This document shows, piece after piece, positions 40,234 to 49,427 of a DNA stretch of 64,000 nt. The stretch comes from Desulfuromonadaceae bacterium (GTDB taxonomy: Bacteria; Desulfobacterota; Desulfuromonadia; Desulfuromonadales; JAAYDE01): positions 6,417 through 70,416 of the forward strand of contig JAAZDE010000010.1 of assembly GCA_012512925.1 (NCBI GenBank), written 5' to 3'. The stretch's first letter is position 1. Every line of letters starts with the position of its first letter. A program made the position numbers and the translations under genes. The notes beneath the pieces were generated by a model. The model saw only the letters and a program-made list of their open reading frames with translations, had not been told where the DNA came from and did not search any database.

Positions 40234-41201
40234 TGATTCCTCCCGCAAGAATAAACCCGGCGCGCCCCTCTCAACACCGCGCTTCGGGAACGTGGATTGA
40301 CGGCCACCTCCTCTTCACCCGGTTTGATCCCTTTGCTCATCAACAATGCCAGCCGTGGCCGGTGATGGCAGACACAGATCGGAAGCGTCGGCGGGCAGAT
40401 ACAGCCGGTCGTTTCACGATGAAAAACCTCCTTGACGATCCTGGCCTCAAGGGAATGATAGGTCAGAACCACCAGGCGGCCTTCCGGGGCCAAAACATCG
40501 ATGGCTTTTTCAAGCCCCCGGCGAAGATGCTCCATCTCCCCATTGACCAGGATCCGCAACGCCTGAAAAACCCGCGTCGCCGGGTGAATGCGGAAACGGG
40601 CACCACCGCCCGGCACCGCTTCCCTCACCAGTTCGGCCAGCTGCAGAGTGGAGGTCAAAACCTTTTCGCGGCGCCTCTCAACGATGCGGCGGGCGATGCG
40701 GCGGGCGAAACGCTCCTCCCCATAATCACGGAAAACCCTTTCCAGATCCTCTTGGTCCAGGGTGTTGACCGCCTCCTGCGCCGTCATTCCGGAAGAAACG
40801 TCCATTCTCATATCCAAAGGGGCGTCCCGCAAAAAGGAGAAGCCCCGCGAATCCCGATCCAGCTGATGAGAGGAAACCCCCAGATCGAGGAGAACACCGT
40901 CGACGGCATCCCTTCCCGCGGCCTGCAGGGCTTTATCCAGATCGGCGAAACTTCCCTTATACAAAAAAACCCGGCTACCAAAGGGGGACAGGGTCTGATA
41001 AGCTTTTTCGACAGCTTCGGCATCGCGGTCGATGCCGATCAAAAAACCGTCGGGGGCGCTTCTTTCCAGGATCAGGCGGGCATGCCCCCCTCCCCCCACC
41101 GTGCCGTCGATGTAGACCCCGCCGGAGCGGGGAGCCAGTGCCTGGAGCACCTCCTCCGGCATCACCGGGAGATGGAAGCGGTTTTCCCCGTCAGAAGCCA
41201 T
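40230..41201 (-). CDS. rsmH: 16S rRNA (cytosine1402-N4)-methyltransferase RsmH/MraW
   Basis: HLPVMPEEVL...DGTVGGGGHA motif. Overlaps the mraZ 3' end by 11 nt. Confidence 0.93.
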   Translation of the reverse strand: MASDGENRFHLPVMPEEVLQALAPRSGGVYIDGTVGGGGHARLILERSAPDGFLIGIDRDAEAVEKAYQTLSPFGSRVFLYKGSFADLDKALQAAGRDAVDGVLLDLGVSSHQLDRDSRGFSFLRDAPLDMRMDVSSGMTAQEAVNTLDQEDLERVFRDYGEERFARRIARRIVERRREKVLTSTLQLAELVREAVPGGGARFRIHPATRVFQALRILVNGEMEHLRRGLEKAIDVLAPEGRLVVLTYHSLEARIVKEVFHRETTGCICPPTLPICVCHHRPRLALLMSKGIKPGEEEVAVNPRSRSAVLRGARRVYSCGRNQ

Positions 41202-41637
41202 AGCGGGTCAAAGATTCGGGATTTTCCCTGAGAAACTCCTGTGCCTTGCGGGTCTGCTCCAGATGCTTGCTCTGGCTCCAGATTTCAAATTTGGTGGAAG
41301 CGCCGACAACCACCACATCCTTTTCCAGGCCGGCATGGTCACTGAGTATTTTAGGCAGCTGAATGCGCCCCTGGCTGTCGAACGCACACTCCACCGCCGG
41401 TGCGATCAGGAAACGATTGAGGATCTCCTTTTCCGGGCTGGGGGGAGTGGAATGAAATTTTTCACAGACCTTTTGCCACTCGGAAAGGGGGTAGGCGGAC
41501 AGCGAATCCACACCCCGGGTGACGACGATCATTTCGTCCCCGAAACCCTCCTTGAGGATTTCCCGAAACCGAGAAGGGATACTGAGCCTTCTCTTGGCAT
41601 CGATGGTGTTATAAGATTCGCGCTGGAAGTATTTCAA
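41191..41637 (-). CDS. mraZ: Transcriptional regulator MraZ
   Basis: Two SpoVT/AbrB-like repeats (DAKRRLSIPSRFRE; DSQGRIQLPKIL). The first in-frame start is TTG 41637. Confidence 0.9.
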   Translation of the reverse strand: MKYFQRESYNTIDAKRRLSIPSRFREILKEGFGDEMIVVTRGVDSLSAYPLSEWQKVCEKFHSTPPSPEKEILNRFLIAPAVECAFDSQGRIQLPKILSDHAGLEKDVVVVGASTKFEIWSQSKHLEQTRKAQEFLRENPESLTRYGF

Positions 41638-41658
41638 ATGGATTGTTTGGCCCTTTTT

Positions 41659-41683
41659 GACACGTTTTTACACTATTCCCCAC
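41659..41683 (-). promoter_or_regulatory. Putative MraZ operator: three direct GTG(G/T)N boxes at 10-bp phasing
   Basis: The minus strand reads GTGGGgaataGTGTAaaaacGTGTC (boxes at 41683-41679, 41673-41669 and 41663-41659), just downstream of the -10 hexamer. Confidence 0.5.
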
Positions 41684-41693
41684 CAGTGGCTAA

Positions 41694-41722
41694 ACTATAT
41701 CGGCCCCCCCAAAGTCTGTCAA
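41694..41722 (-). promoter_or_regulatory. Sigma-70 promoter of the dcw cluster (TTGACA-N17-TATAGT)
   Basis: On the minus strand, TTGACA lies at 41722-41717 and TATAGT at 41699-41694, about 55 nt upstream of the mraZ start. Confidence 0.65.
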
Positions 41723-41825
41723 GAATGATTTTACTCATCGGTATTTTTTGCCGTTTCAAGCAAAAATCAAGGATTCACCTATAAATGGAGGCGTCTGAAA
41801 ACACCCCACGAAAGAGCTGCAACCC

Positions 41826-44660
41826 ATGAAAAACAATGAAAAAAACCATCTTCTTCAGCGGTTTCTCGGAAAAATCGCCGGCTACAGCAAAGAAAACATC
41901 GACGACGTCTTGCACCTGTTGACGGAAACCCTCGCCTTTATTCTCCCAGATCACCGTATCCGCATCTACCTGGAGGACCTGACCCTGGGCAGTCTCATGT
42001 GCTACGCCGCCACCGGGCCCCAGGCGGAGATTGTCAAGGTTCATGCCTATCCCATCAACAGTTTCGATTTTTCCGTGTCGCGGGCCTTCCAGACCGGCAT
42101 GGAGGTGGAGATCCCCGATGTGGAAAAAATGGAACATCCCCAGGCCCGCGGCCTGGTGCAGCGCTTTTACGTGGCCGCTACCTGCTGTATCCCCCTGCTC
42201 CACCGCGGCCGCGCCATCGGTGTTCTGGCCATAGACGGCGAAACGCGGGGCAACCTTCCCGATGCCGAACGGAAAAGTATCCTGAAACCCTACCTGGAAG
42301 CGATCACGCCGGTAATCGACCAGTCGCGGCAATATCACCAGCAGGTCCTTCTGGCCCGCACCCTGAATGAGGACAGGAAAAAGAACGCCGCCCTTTACAT
42401 GATGGCTTCCGCGGTCCGTTTGATCGATCCCCTGACCCTGGCCTCGGTTCTGGTGCCGGCGCCGGTAGCCGACCAGCCGGAACGGGAAGGACTGCAGGTG
42501 CTGGCCTTTTCCTCCAAGGACCAGGACGCGGAACGTCTTTACGAAAAGATCCATATGGTCAGCCTGGATGCGGGGACCTCCCTCCTTTCCCGCTACATCA
42601 ACAGCAGCAGCACGATCATCGACGAGTCTTTCCTCATTCCCCATTATTTTCCCGATCTCTCCTCCGAAAAGCTGCAGAAACGCTATCTGACCGAGGAGAT
42701 CGGACTCAAGTCCCTCTACGTTGTTCCCTGCTTCGACCCCCAGTCCCGGCGGGTGATCTGCATCGTCAATTACTACACCCGCGACGCCTACCAGTTCAGC
42801 CCCTTCGAAAAAGGACTGCTGGAGGCCCACGCCGAAATGGCCAAAAGGGTTATCGTCGAGATCGGCAGCGAGCACATGGAGATCAAGGTCCTCTCCGAGA
42901 TCAATGAGCTGCTCACGGAAAAGTTCCAGGGATTGCGGCCTTTTTTGGGCCAGGTGCTGTCCAAGACGGCCAAGCTGATCGGCGCCGACACCGGCAGCAT
43001 CGCCCTGGTCAGGGAAAAAGCCGGGGAGAAATGGCTGATAGTGGAAAACGAGGACGGCACCCTGGTGGGGGCCAAAAACGTCGAATGGCTGAAGGCCAGC
43101 ATCCCGCCGCTGCGTATCGGCGGGGAGGAACTCCGCCCGGAGGATAGGAGTCTCACCGGCTATGCGGCTCATACCGGGAAGCCGGTCATTCTGGCCAATA
43201 CGGCGGAAGGGAAGGGAACGGGACCTTACTACCGGATGATCAACAGTATCATCCAGAGTGAGATCGGCGTGCCGGTAATCTGTGACGAAGAGGTCATCGC
43301 CGTCATCTGTCTCGACAGCCTGCGGCCCAACTTCTTTACCGAGGAACATCAACGGATCCTGCTGATCATCGCCGGCCTCATCGCCCGCCACCTCTCCGAT
43401 ATGCAACGGATCGAGGAACTGACCTCGGTAGTCAGCCGGCTGCGCTCCGATGTCGGCTACAAGGACCCGAAAATCTCCTCCTACCGGCTCGGCAACATCA
43501 TCGGCCGCTCCCGTAAAAGCATGGAGGTCGTCGAGGTCATCGAAAGGATCGTCCTCCCCCTCTTCAACCGCCTCGCCAGCTGGCAGAGCGGAGACTTCCG
43601 GGAGGAAAGCATCGGCCTGCCAACCATTCTCATCAGCGGTGACACCGGCAGCGGCAAGGAGTTCCTCTTCAACAACATCTTTTCCCGGCTCAACGAGCTG
43701 TTCCGGGAGAGATTCGGAAGCGCCCGCCAGCTGCCTGTCAAGAAAACCAATATCGCCGCCTACAGCGGCGAACTGACCTATTCGGAGCTGTTCGGGCACA
43801 AGCGGGGTGCCTTCACCGGCGCCCACGCCGACCGCAGAGGGATTCTCGAAGAGGCCAACGGCGGGGTGGTTTTTCTCGACGAGATCGGTGACGCAGACCC
43901 CAAAACCCAGGTCCAACTGCTGCGCTTTCTGGATAACGGCGGTTTTGTCCGCCTCGGCGAAAACATCTCCCGCTTCGCCAGTGTTCTGCTGGTGGCGGCG
44001 ACCAATCGAGATCTGAAACAGTTGATCCGGGAGGGAAAATTCCGCGAGGATCTCTATTACCGGCTCTCCGAACTGACCATCGAGGTCCCCTCTCTCAATC
44101 AGCGGCGGGAGGACATTCCCGACCTGATCACCCACTTTCTCGGCAAGTTGTTTCAGATTTACAAAAATCCCCAGGACCAGGGAGATCAGGTCCCGGTACT
44201 CAGCGAAGAGGCCCACCGACTGTTGACCAACCACCACTACACCGGCAACATCCGCGAGTTGCGCAGCATTCTGCTGCGGGCCCTTTTCTTCCGCCAGGGG
44301 GGGGTGGTGACGGCCAAAGACATCGACGCCATCCTCACGGAAACGGGAAATAAAAAGGAGGAACGGGAAACGAAGCTGCTCAATGAAAAGGTGGCGCTGG
44401 GACTTTTCAATCGCATCAGCAATGGGGAGGGAAACTTCTGGGCCGATATTCATCAGCCCTTTACCGCCAAGCAAATCTCTCGGGAAACAGTCGTCCGGGT
44501 GATCGAGGAGGCGCGCCAGCACGGCGCCGACACCATGCCGCGCCTGGCCGAGGCGCTGCGGGCCTGCGATCCCCTCAGCGATGAACCGCCGGAGAAGAAG
44601 CGGTTCCTGAAATTCAAGAACTTCCTGTACAAGACGGTCCGGCTCAACCAACCCGGATAG
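41826..44660 (+). CDS. Sigma-54-dependent transcriptional activator with three N-terminal GAF-like domains
   Basis: 944 aa. AAA+ core with Walker A GDTGSGKE, the GAFTGA loop (KRGAFTGAHA) and Walker B VFLDEIGD. The roughly 550-aa N-terminus looks like tandem GAF domains. Confidence 0.85.
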   Translation: MKNNEKNHLLQRFLGKIAGYSKENIDDVLHLLTETLAFILPDHRIRIYLEDLTLGSLMCYAATGPQAEIVKVHAYPINSFDFSVSRAFQTGMEVEIPDVEKMEHPQARGLVQRFYVAATCCIPLLHRGRAIGVLAIDGETRGNLPDAERKSILKPYLEAITPVIDQSRQYHQQVLLARTLNEDRKKNAALYMMASAVRLIDPLTLASVLVPAPVADQPEREGLQVLAFSSKDQDAERLYEKIHMVSLDAGTSLLSRYINSSSTIIDESFLIPHYFPDLSSEKLQKRYLTEEIGLKSLYVVPCFDPQSRRVICIVNYYTRDAYQFSPFEKGLLEAHAEMAKRVIVEIGSEHMEIKVLSEINELLTEKFQGLRPFLGQVLSKTAKLIGADTGSIALVREKAGEKWLIVENEDGTLVGAKNVEWLKASIPPLRIGGEELRPEDRSLTGYAAHTGKPVILANTAEGKGTGPYYRMINSIIQSEIGVPVICDEEVIAVICLDSLRPNFFTEEHQRILLIIAGLIARHLSDMQRIEELTSVVSRLRSDVGYKDPKISSYRLGNIIGRSRKSMEVVEVIERIVLPLFNRLASWQSGDFREESIGLPTILISGDTGSGKEFLFNNIFSRLNELFRERFGSARQLPVKKTNIAAYSGELTYSELFGHKRGAFTGAHADRRGILEEANGGVVFLDEIGDADPKTQVQLLRFLDNGGFVRLGENISRFASVLLVAATNRDLKQLIREGKFREDLYYRLSELTIEVPSLNQRREDIPDLITHFLGKLFQIYKNPQDQGDQVPVLSEEAHRLLTNHHYTGNIRELRSILLRALFFRQGGVVTAKDIDAILTETGNKKEERETKLLNEKVALGLFNRISNGEGNFWADIHQPFTAKQISRETVVRVIEEARQHGADTMPRLAEALRACDPLSDEPPEKKRFLKFKNFLYKTVRLNQPG

Positions 44661-45972
44661 ATCGGAAATTGCTCATAATTTTTTCGAAAAGGAGGCGATC
44701 TCCGTCGCGGAAGGGACCAACCACGGCGCTGCGGAGATTTTCCCGCCTCAAAAACCTGGCGGCCGTTTCCAGCAGGGAAGCGGGGGTCTCCGCCAGCAAC
44801 TCCCGCCGCTCATCTTCGATGGTTTTCAGAGAACCGACCATCATCCCCCAGCCATAGCGCCCCGCCATCTCCTCGGTCAGATCCCGGCTGAATTCCAGAT
44901 CGAACAGCATTCCCCGCACGGCCCGCGCCAACTCCTCCTCGGACACCGGCTCCGCACAGATCCTTTCCAGAACGGCAAGGGTTTCCCGCAACGTCTCGAC
45001 CATCTTCTCCGGGGCCACCGCCAGGTTAAAGGAAAAAAGACCGCTGTCGGCGAAAAGGACCAGATTCCCTTCCACCCCGTAGATCAGGCCGAGTTCCTCC
45101 CGCAGTTTCCTCATCAGCCGGGAAGCCATTCCCCCGGCCAGCAGGCGGCGGAGGATTTTGAGGGAGGCAGTGGGAACCTCTCGGCGGCCCGCCAGCCGAA
45201 AGGCGATTTCCACCTCCACCTGAGAGTCGTTGTCATGAACCCAGGCGGAATGGGCGGAACCAACCTTGGGGGCGAAGGGAACCGGCGTCACCGGCGCGCC
45301 GCTGCCTTTCCATTCCCCGAAATGGCCCGCCATCGCCGTCAGCACCTCGCGGCGCCGCACCCTTCCGGCCACCACGACAAGAGAATTGTCGGGGATGAAA
45401 AAGGCGGCATGATGGGCGACCAGATCCTCACGGCGGATCGCCGTCAGCGACTCACGGCTGCCGATGGTGGGCAGGCTAAGAGGATGGTCCGGCCAGCAGA
45501 GACCGGCGATCAGCTGGTCGGTGCAGATGATCTCCCCCCGCTCGTTGACATCCTCCAGCGCCTCCTCCAGGATGATGCGCCGCTCGATTTCCACATCCAG
45601 AAAAAGGGGACGGAGCAGCAGCGAGGAGAAGAGAAAGACCACCTTGTCGAGAAAGTCGGGATGGAAGCGGGAGAAAAAGCAGGTCGTCTCGGCGTCTACC
45701 GACGCATTGACGGAACCGCCGATCCCCTCGAAGGCCTGCTCCAGCTTCTCCCCGCAATCAAAATCTTCAGTCCCCCGGAACAGCAGATGCTCCAGAAAAT
45801 GGGAAATTCCGGCGTTCTCCTCCTTTTCATGGCGGCTGCCGACGCCCACGTAGCAGACCATCTCGGCGCTGTGCAGATGAGGCATCTCCACCGTCACCAC
45901 CCGCAGACCATTGGGCAGAAGGTCGATTTCGAACTCTGTGGAGGGATCGTTGATCGGCATCGGCTCAATCAT
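44644..45972 (-). CDS. M16-family (insulinase/pitrilysin-like) zinc peptidase
   Basis: ORF trimmed to ATG 45972 (MIEPMPINDP...). HxxEH motif in GISHFLEHLLFRGT. The start overlaps the upstream stop by 8 nt. Confidence 0.85.
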   Translation of the reverse strand: MIEPMPINDPSTEFEIDLLPNGLRVVTVEMPHLHSAEMVCYVGVGSRHEKEENAGISHFLEHLLFRGTEDFDCGEKLEQAFEGIGGSVNASVDAETTCFFSRFHPDFLDKVVFLFSSLLLRPLFLDVEIERRIILEEALEDVNERGEIICTDQLIAGLCWPDHPLSLPTIGSRESLTAIRREDLVAHHAAFFIPDNSLVVVAGRVRRREVLTAMAGHFGEWKGSGAPVTPVPFAPKVGSAHSAWVHDNDSQVEVEIAFRLAGRREVPTASLKILRRLLAGGMASRLMRKLREELGLIYGVEGNLVLFADSGLFSFNLAVAPEKMVETLRETLAVLERICAEPVSEEELARAVRGMLFDLEFSRDLTEEMAGRYGWGMMVGSLKTIEDERRELLAETPASLLETAARFLRRENLRSAVVGPFRDGDRLLFEKIMSNFRSIRVG

Positions 45973-46759
45973 CTTTCTGTTCGGAAGAGGAGACGGGAGG
46001 GGGTTGGCTCGGCCAGGCTTCACCTTCCGGGGACGGCGGCGCCTGCAGCGGAGCCGGTTCCCCGTGCTCGGCGGGAGACTGACTGCTGGGCCAGATCTGG
46101 AGCGATTCACGCCCGCCTTTGCCCTTGGCGCTGATCCCGACGGCCCGAAGCACAAACACGTGCACGAAAAAAAAGGCAAGGAAAATCAGGGTGTACCATC
46201 CGGAAAGATTCCCCAAACGGGCGTTGTCGAGGAACTGGCTCCAACTGCCGGCAATTTCCGGATGGATATAGATCTTGAACAGCCAGCCGGCGATCAAAAC
46301 CAGAAAGAGGAAGACATAATAGGCCTTGACCCTCAGCGCCATCGCCACCCAGAGGGAGATTTTGTAGCCGGGATGGAGCAGATCCTCGGCCAGATTCTGC
46401 CGCCAGGGAGCCGAGGCGCCCATATCGAGTTCGCCGTGCAGAATACTGTAGACAAAATTCTGGTGAATCAGTTTGACCCGGTACTCGTAGGCGTCATAGA
46501 ACCGGTAGCGGCGCCCTTCTACATAGAGAAGGGTATAGGTGATGGCCAGGGCAAAGATGAAAAAGACATGGGTCAACTGGGGGTTGGAAAAACTGAATCC
46601 AAGAAAGGCGGCGGTGGCACCGACCGCCCAGTTGGTAGTGACATCGATCCGCCGGCGCCAGGCGAGGCTGCGGCTGACTTCGGCCCGATAGTAATGGGCC
46701 ATGGCGGTGATCATCTCGACGCGGGTGAGGGGCTGTCTTTCGTTCTTGTCTTCGCTCAT
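45965..46759 (-). CDS. DUF2270-like integral membrane protein with Pro/Ser-rich tail
   Basis: ORF trimmed to ATG 46759 (MSEDKNERQPLTRVEM...). About 4 TM segments. The family assignment is from memory only. Confidence 0.55.
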   Translation of the reverse strand: MSEDKNERQPLTRVEMITAMAHYYRAEVSRSLAWRRRIDVTTNWAVGATAAFLGFSFSNPQLTHVFFIFALAITYTLLYVEGRRYRFYDAYEYRVKLIHQNFVYSILHGELDMGASAPWRQNLAEDLLHPGYKISLWVAMALRVKAYYVFLFLVLIAGWLFKIYIHPEIAGSWSQFLDNARLGNLSGWYTLIFLAFFFVHVFVLRAVGISAKGKGGRESLQIWPSSQSPAEHGEPAPLQAPPSPEGEAWPSQPPPVSSSEQKDD

Positions 46760-46784
46760 GGAAAAGACTCCCTTGCCAATACCC

Positions 46785-47768
46785 TCAAAACTTCCCCTCG
46801 CGCATCCAGCGGGCGGCATCGAGGGCGTGATAGGTGATGATCAGATCGGCGCCGGCCCGTTTCATGGCCAGCAGGTTTTCCACAACCACTCTTCTTTCGT
46901 CGAGCCATCCCCGGGCGGCCGCCGCCTTGACCATGGCGTACTCGCCGGAAACATTGTAGGCCGCCAGGGGCAGATCGCAACGCTCACGGAGATCGCGAAG
47001 GACGTCTAGATAAGCCAGGGCCGGTTTCACCATCAGGATGTCGGCCCCTTCTTCGGCATCGAAGGCAGCCTCCCGAAACGTCTCACGACGGTTGGCCGGG
47101 TCCATCTGATAGCCGCGCCGGTCGCCGAATTGGGGGGCCGAATCGGCCGCCTCCCGAAACGGCCCGTAATAGGCGCTGGCGAACTTGATCGAGTAACTCA
47201 TCAGCGGCGTCATGGCGAACCCCTCGCTGTCCAGGGCGCGCCGGATGACGCCGACGCGGCCGTCCATCATGTCGCTCGGCGCCACCATGTCGGCGCCGGC
47301 GCGAACATGGGAGACGGCCACGGCAGCCAGTTGCCGGCAGGTTTCATCGTTGTCCACCTCGCCGCCGCGCGGAATGCCGCAGTGGCCGTGGGTGGTGTAG
47401 GCACAGAGACAGACATCGGTGATGACAGCCAGATCGGGACAGGCTTTTTTCAGGGCGCGAACCCCCTGCTGTACGATGCCCTCCTCGGCGCAGGCCGGAT
47501 TGCCCCGCTCGTCCTTGTCATCGGGAACGCCGAAAAGCAGGACGGCGGGAACACCTGACTGGGCAACCCGCTCCGCCTCCCCCCCCAGCAGATCGGGGGA
47601 AAGCTGGAAAATGCCCGGCATGGAAGAGATCTCCCGCCGACAACCCTTGCCCGGAACGACAAACAGCGGATAGATCATATCATCGACCCGGCAGAAGGTT
47701 TCACGAACCATCCGCCGCAGAGTGCCTGTGCGGCGCAGACGGCGAAGGCGGTTTTGCGGATAGGACAT
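46785..47768 (-). CDS. hemB: Porphobilinogen synthase (ALA dehydratase)
   Basis: ORF trimmed to ATG 47768 ([13 protein letters not shown]...). Zinc site [14 protein letters not shown]. Confidence 0.93.
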   Translation of the reverse strand: MSYPQNRLRRLRRTGTLRRMVRETFCRVDDMIYPLFVVPGKGCRREISSMPGIFQLSPDLLGGEAERVAQSGVPAVLLFGVPDDKDERGNPACAEEGIVQQGVRALKKACPDLAVITDVCLCAYTTHGHCGIPRGGEVDNDETCRQLAAVAVSHVRAGADMVAPSDMMDGRVGVIRRALDSEGFAMTPLMSYSIKFASAYYGPFREAADSAPQFGDRRGYQMDPANRRETFREAAFDAEEGADILMVKPALAYLDVLRDLRERCDLPLAAYNVSGEYAMVKAAAARGWLDERRVVVENLLAMKRAGADLIITYHALDAARWMREGKF

Positions 47769-47791
47769 TCCTTTACTCCTCTGTTGCGGCT

Positions 47792-49363
47792 TCAATCGCC
47801 CGAAGGGAGCTGATCTGCCTTTTTATAATGATTTTCCAGGGCGGTCACAAGCCCTTCCATGGTGGACAGTTCGGCCTCTACGGCAACGGAAAGCCCCAGA
47901 CGCTTCAGCGCAGCGCTGGTCAGCGGCCCGATGGAGGCGAGCGTCACTTTTTTCAGGAGAACAGGGGCATCTTCGCCGATCAGCTGAACCAGGTCTTCCA
48001 CGGTGGAGGCCGAGGTGAAGGTCACGGCATCAATTTTTTCCTGGCGGAGAAGTTCCAGTATCCGCTCGCGGTTATTTTCCGTCAGCACCGTCCGGTAGGC
48101 CACCGGAGAAACCACCGTCGCCCCAAGCAAATCCAGTTCCCGCGGAATCAGCTGCCGGGCCCGGTCGCCGCGGGGGTAAAGAACCCGCTTTCCCGCCATC
48201 TCCCGCCGGCGCAACAGATCCACCACCCCTTCGGCACGAAACTCGTCGGCCACCAGCTCGGCATGGAGGCCATGGGCTTCCAGGGCCAGAGCGGTCTTCG
48301 GCCCTACAGCGACAAGAACCGGGCCGGACAAAGCACGGGCATCCCTGCCCGCGGCCCGCAAAAAAGACCAAAAAAAATCCACCCCGTTCGCCGAGGTCAG
48401 GATCACATAGTCGAACCCCGCCAGGGAGGCGATGGCGGCCTCCATCTCGCCGGAATCATCAGGCGGCAAAATTTCGATGACCGGGCACAGCAGACTTTCG
48501 CAGCCCCGCTCCTCCAGAAGTTCCGCCAGTCCCCGCCCCTGGGCGGAAGCGCGGGTGACCAGCACCCTTTTGCCGAGCAGGGGCTTTCTGTCGAACCAGC
48601 GCAGTTCCTGGCGCAGGGACACCACCTCCCCCACAAGAATGATGGCGGGGGGGGTGATCCCTTCCCCTTCCACCCGCTCCACGACATCGCCCAGCGTGGC
48701 GACCAAAGTCCGCTGTCTGGGGGTGGTGCCCCAACTGATGACCGCCACCGGGGTTTGCGGGGAACGCCCGTGGCGAATCAGTTCACTGCTGATCAAAGGA
48801 AGATTGGCCATGCCCATGTAAAAAGCCAGGGTCCCCACCGCCCCGGCCAGTTTTTCCCAGTCCAGGGAGGTCATCTTTTTTTCGGGGTCCATGTGACCTG
48901 TCACCAGACCGACGCTGGTGGTGTAGTCGCGATGGGTGATCGGTATTCCCGCGTAGGCTGCAGCGGCGAAAGCGGCGGTGATGCCGGGAACCACCTCGAA
49001 TGGGATACCGTGGCGGACCAGGTATTGGGCCTCTTCCCCACCGCGGCCGAAGATATAAGGGTCCCCGCCCTTCAGACGGACCACCTTTTTGCCGCGGCGG
49101 GCCCGCTCGACCAGCAATTCGTTGATCTTCTCCTGAGGCGTGGGATGGAACCCCCGGCTCTTGCCGACAAAGATCCGCTCCGCCCGAGGCGGCGCCTCCT
49201 CCAGCAGCAGCGGGTTGGCCAGCAGGTCATAGACGACCACCTCCGCCTCCCTGAGGCATCGCAATCCCTTGACGGTAATCAGCCCCGGATCACCGGGACC
49301 GGCGCCGACCAGAAAGACCGTTCCGGGTTTTTCCTTCACCTCTTCATCCTCTGTCAAACCCAT
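47792..49363 (-). CDS. cobA/hemD: Fused uroporphyrinogen-III C-methyltransferase / uroporphyrinogen-III synthase
   Basis: N-terminal SUMT half ([18 protein letters not shown]) and C-terminal HemD half. ATG 49363 chosen; the track start 49381 is a TTG. Confidence 0.88.
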   Translation of the reverse strand: MGLTEDEEVKEKPGTVFLVGAGPGDPGLITVKGLRCLREAEVVVYDLLANPLLLEEAPPRAERIFVGKSRGFHPTPQEKINELLVERARRGKKVVRLKGGDPYIFGRGGEEAQYLVRHGIPFEVVPGITAAFAAAAYAGIPITHRDYTTSVGLVTGHMDPEKKMTSLDWEKLAGAVGTLAFYMGMANLPLISSELIRHGRSPQTPVAVISWGTTPRQRTLVATLGDVVERVEGEGITPPAIILVGEVVSLRQELRWFDRKPLLGKRVLVTRASAQGRGLAELLEERGCESLLCPVIEILPPDDSGEMEAAIASLAGFDYVILTSANGVDFFWSFLRAAGRDARALSGPVLVAVGPKTALALEAHGLHAELVADEFRAEGVVDLLRRREMAGKRVLYPRGDRARQLIPRELDLLGATVVSPVAYRTVLTENNRERILELLRQEKIDAVTFTSASTVEDLVQLIGEDAPVLLKKVTLASIGPLTSAALKRLGLSVAVEAELSTMEGLVTALENHYKKADQLPSGD

Positions 49364-49427
49364 GTTGGATGCACCCGTCAAACATCAGGCCCAAAATACA
49401 GCAAAACGGCAGAGTGCCAAACCGCAT

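Noticed and set aside
41775-44651. 958-aa minus-strand ORF spanning the whole sigma-54 activator gene
   Set aside because: It is an antisense shadow ORF. The translation is low-complexity (G/D/Q/L/P-rich) with no motifs, whereas the plus-strand frame carries clear GAF and AAA+ motifs. Such shadows are typical of high-GC DNA.
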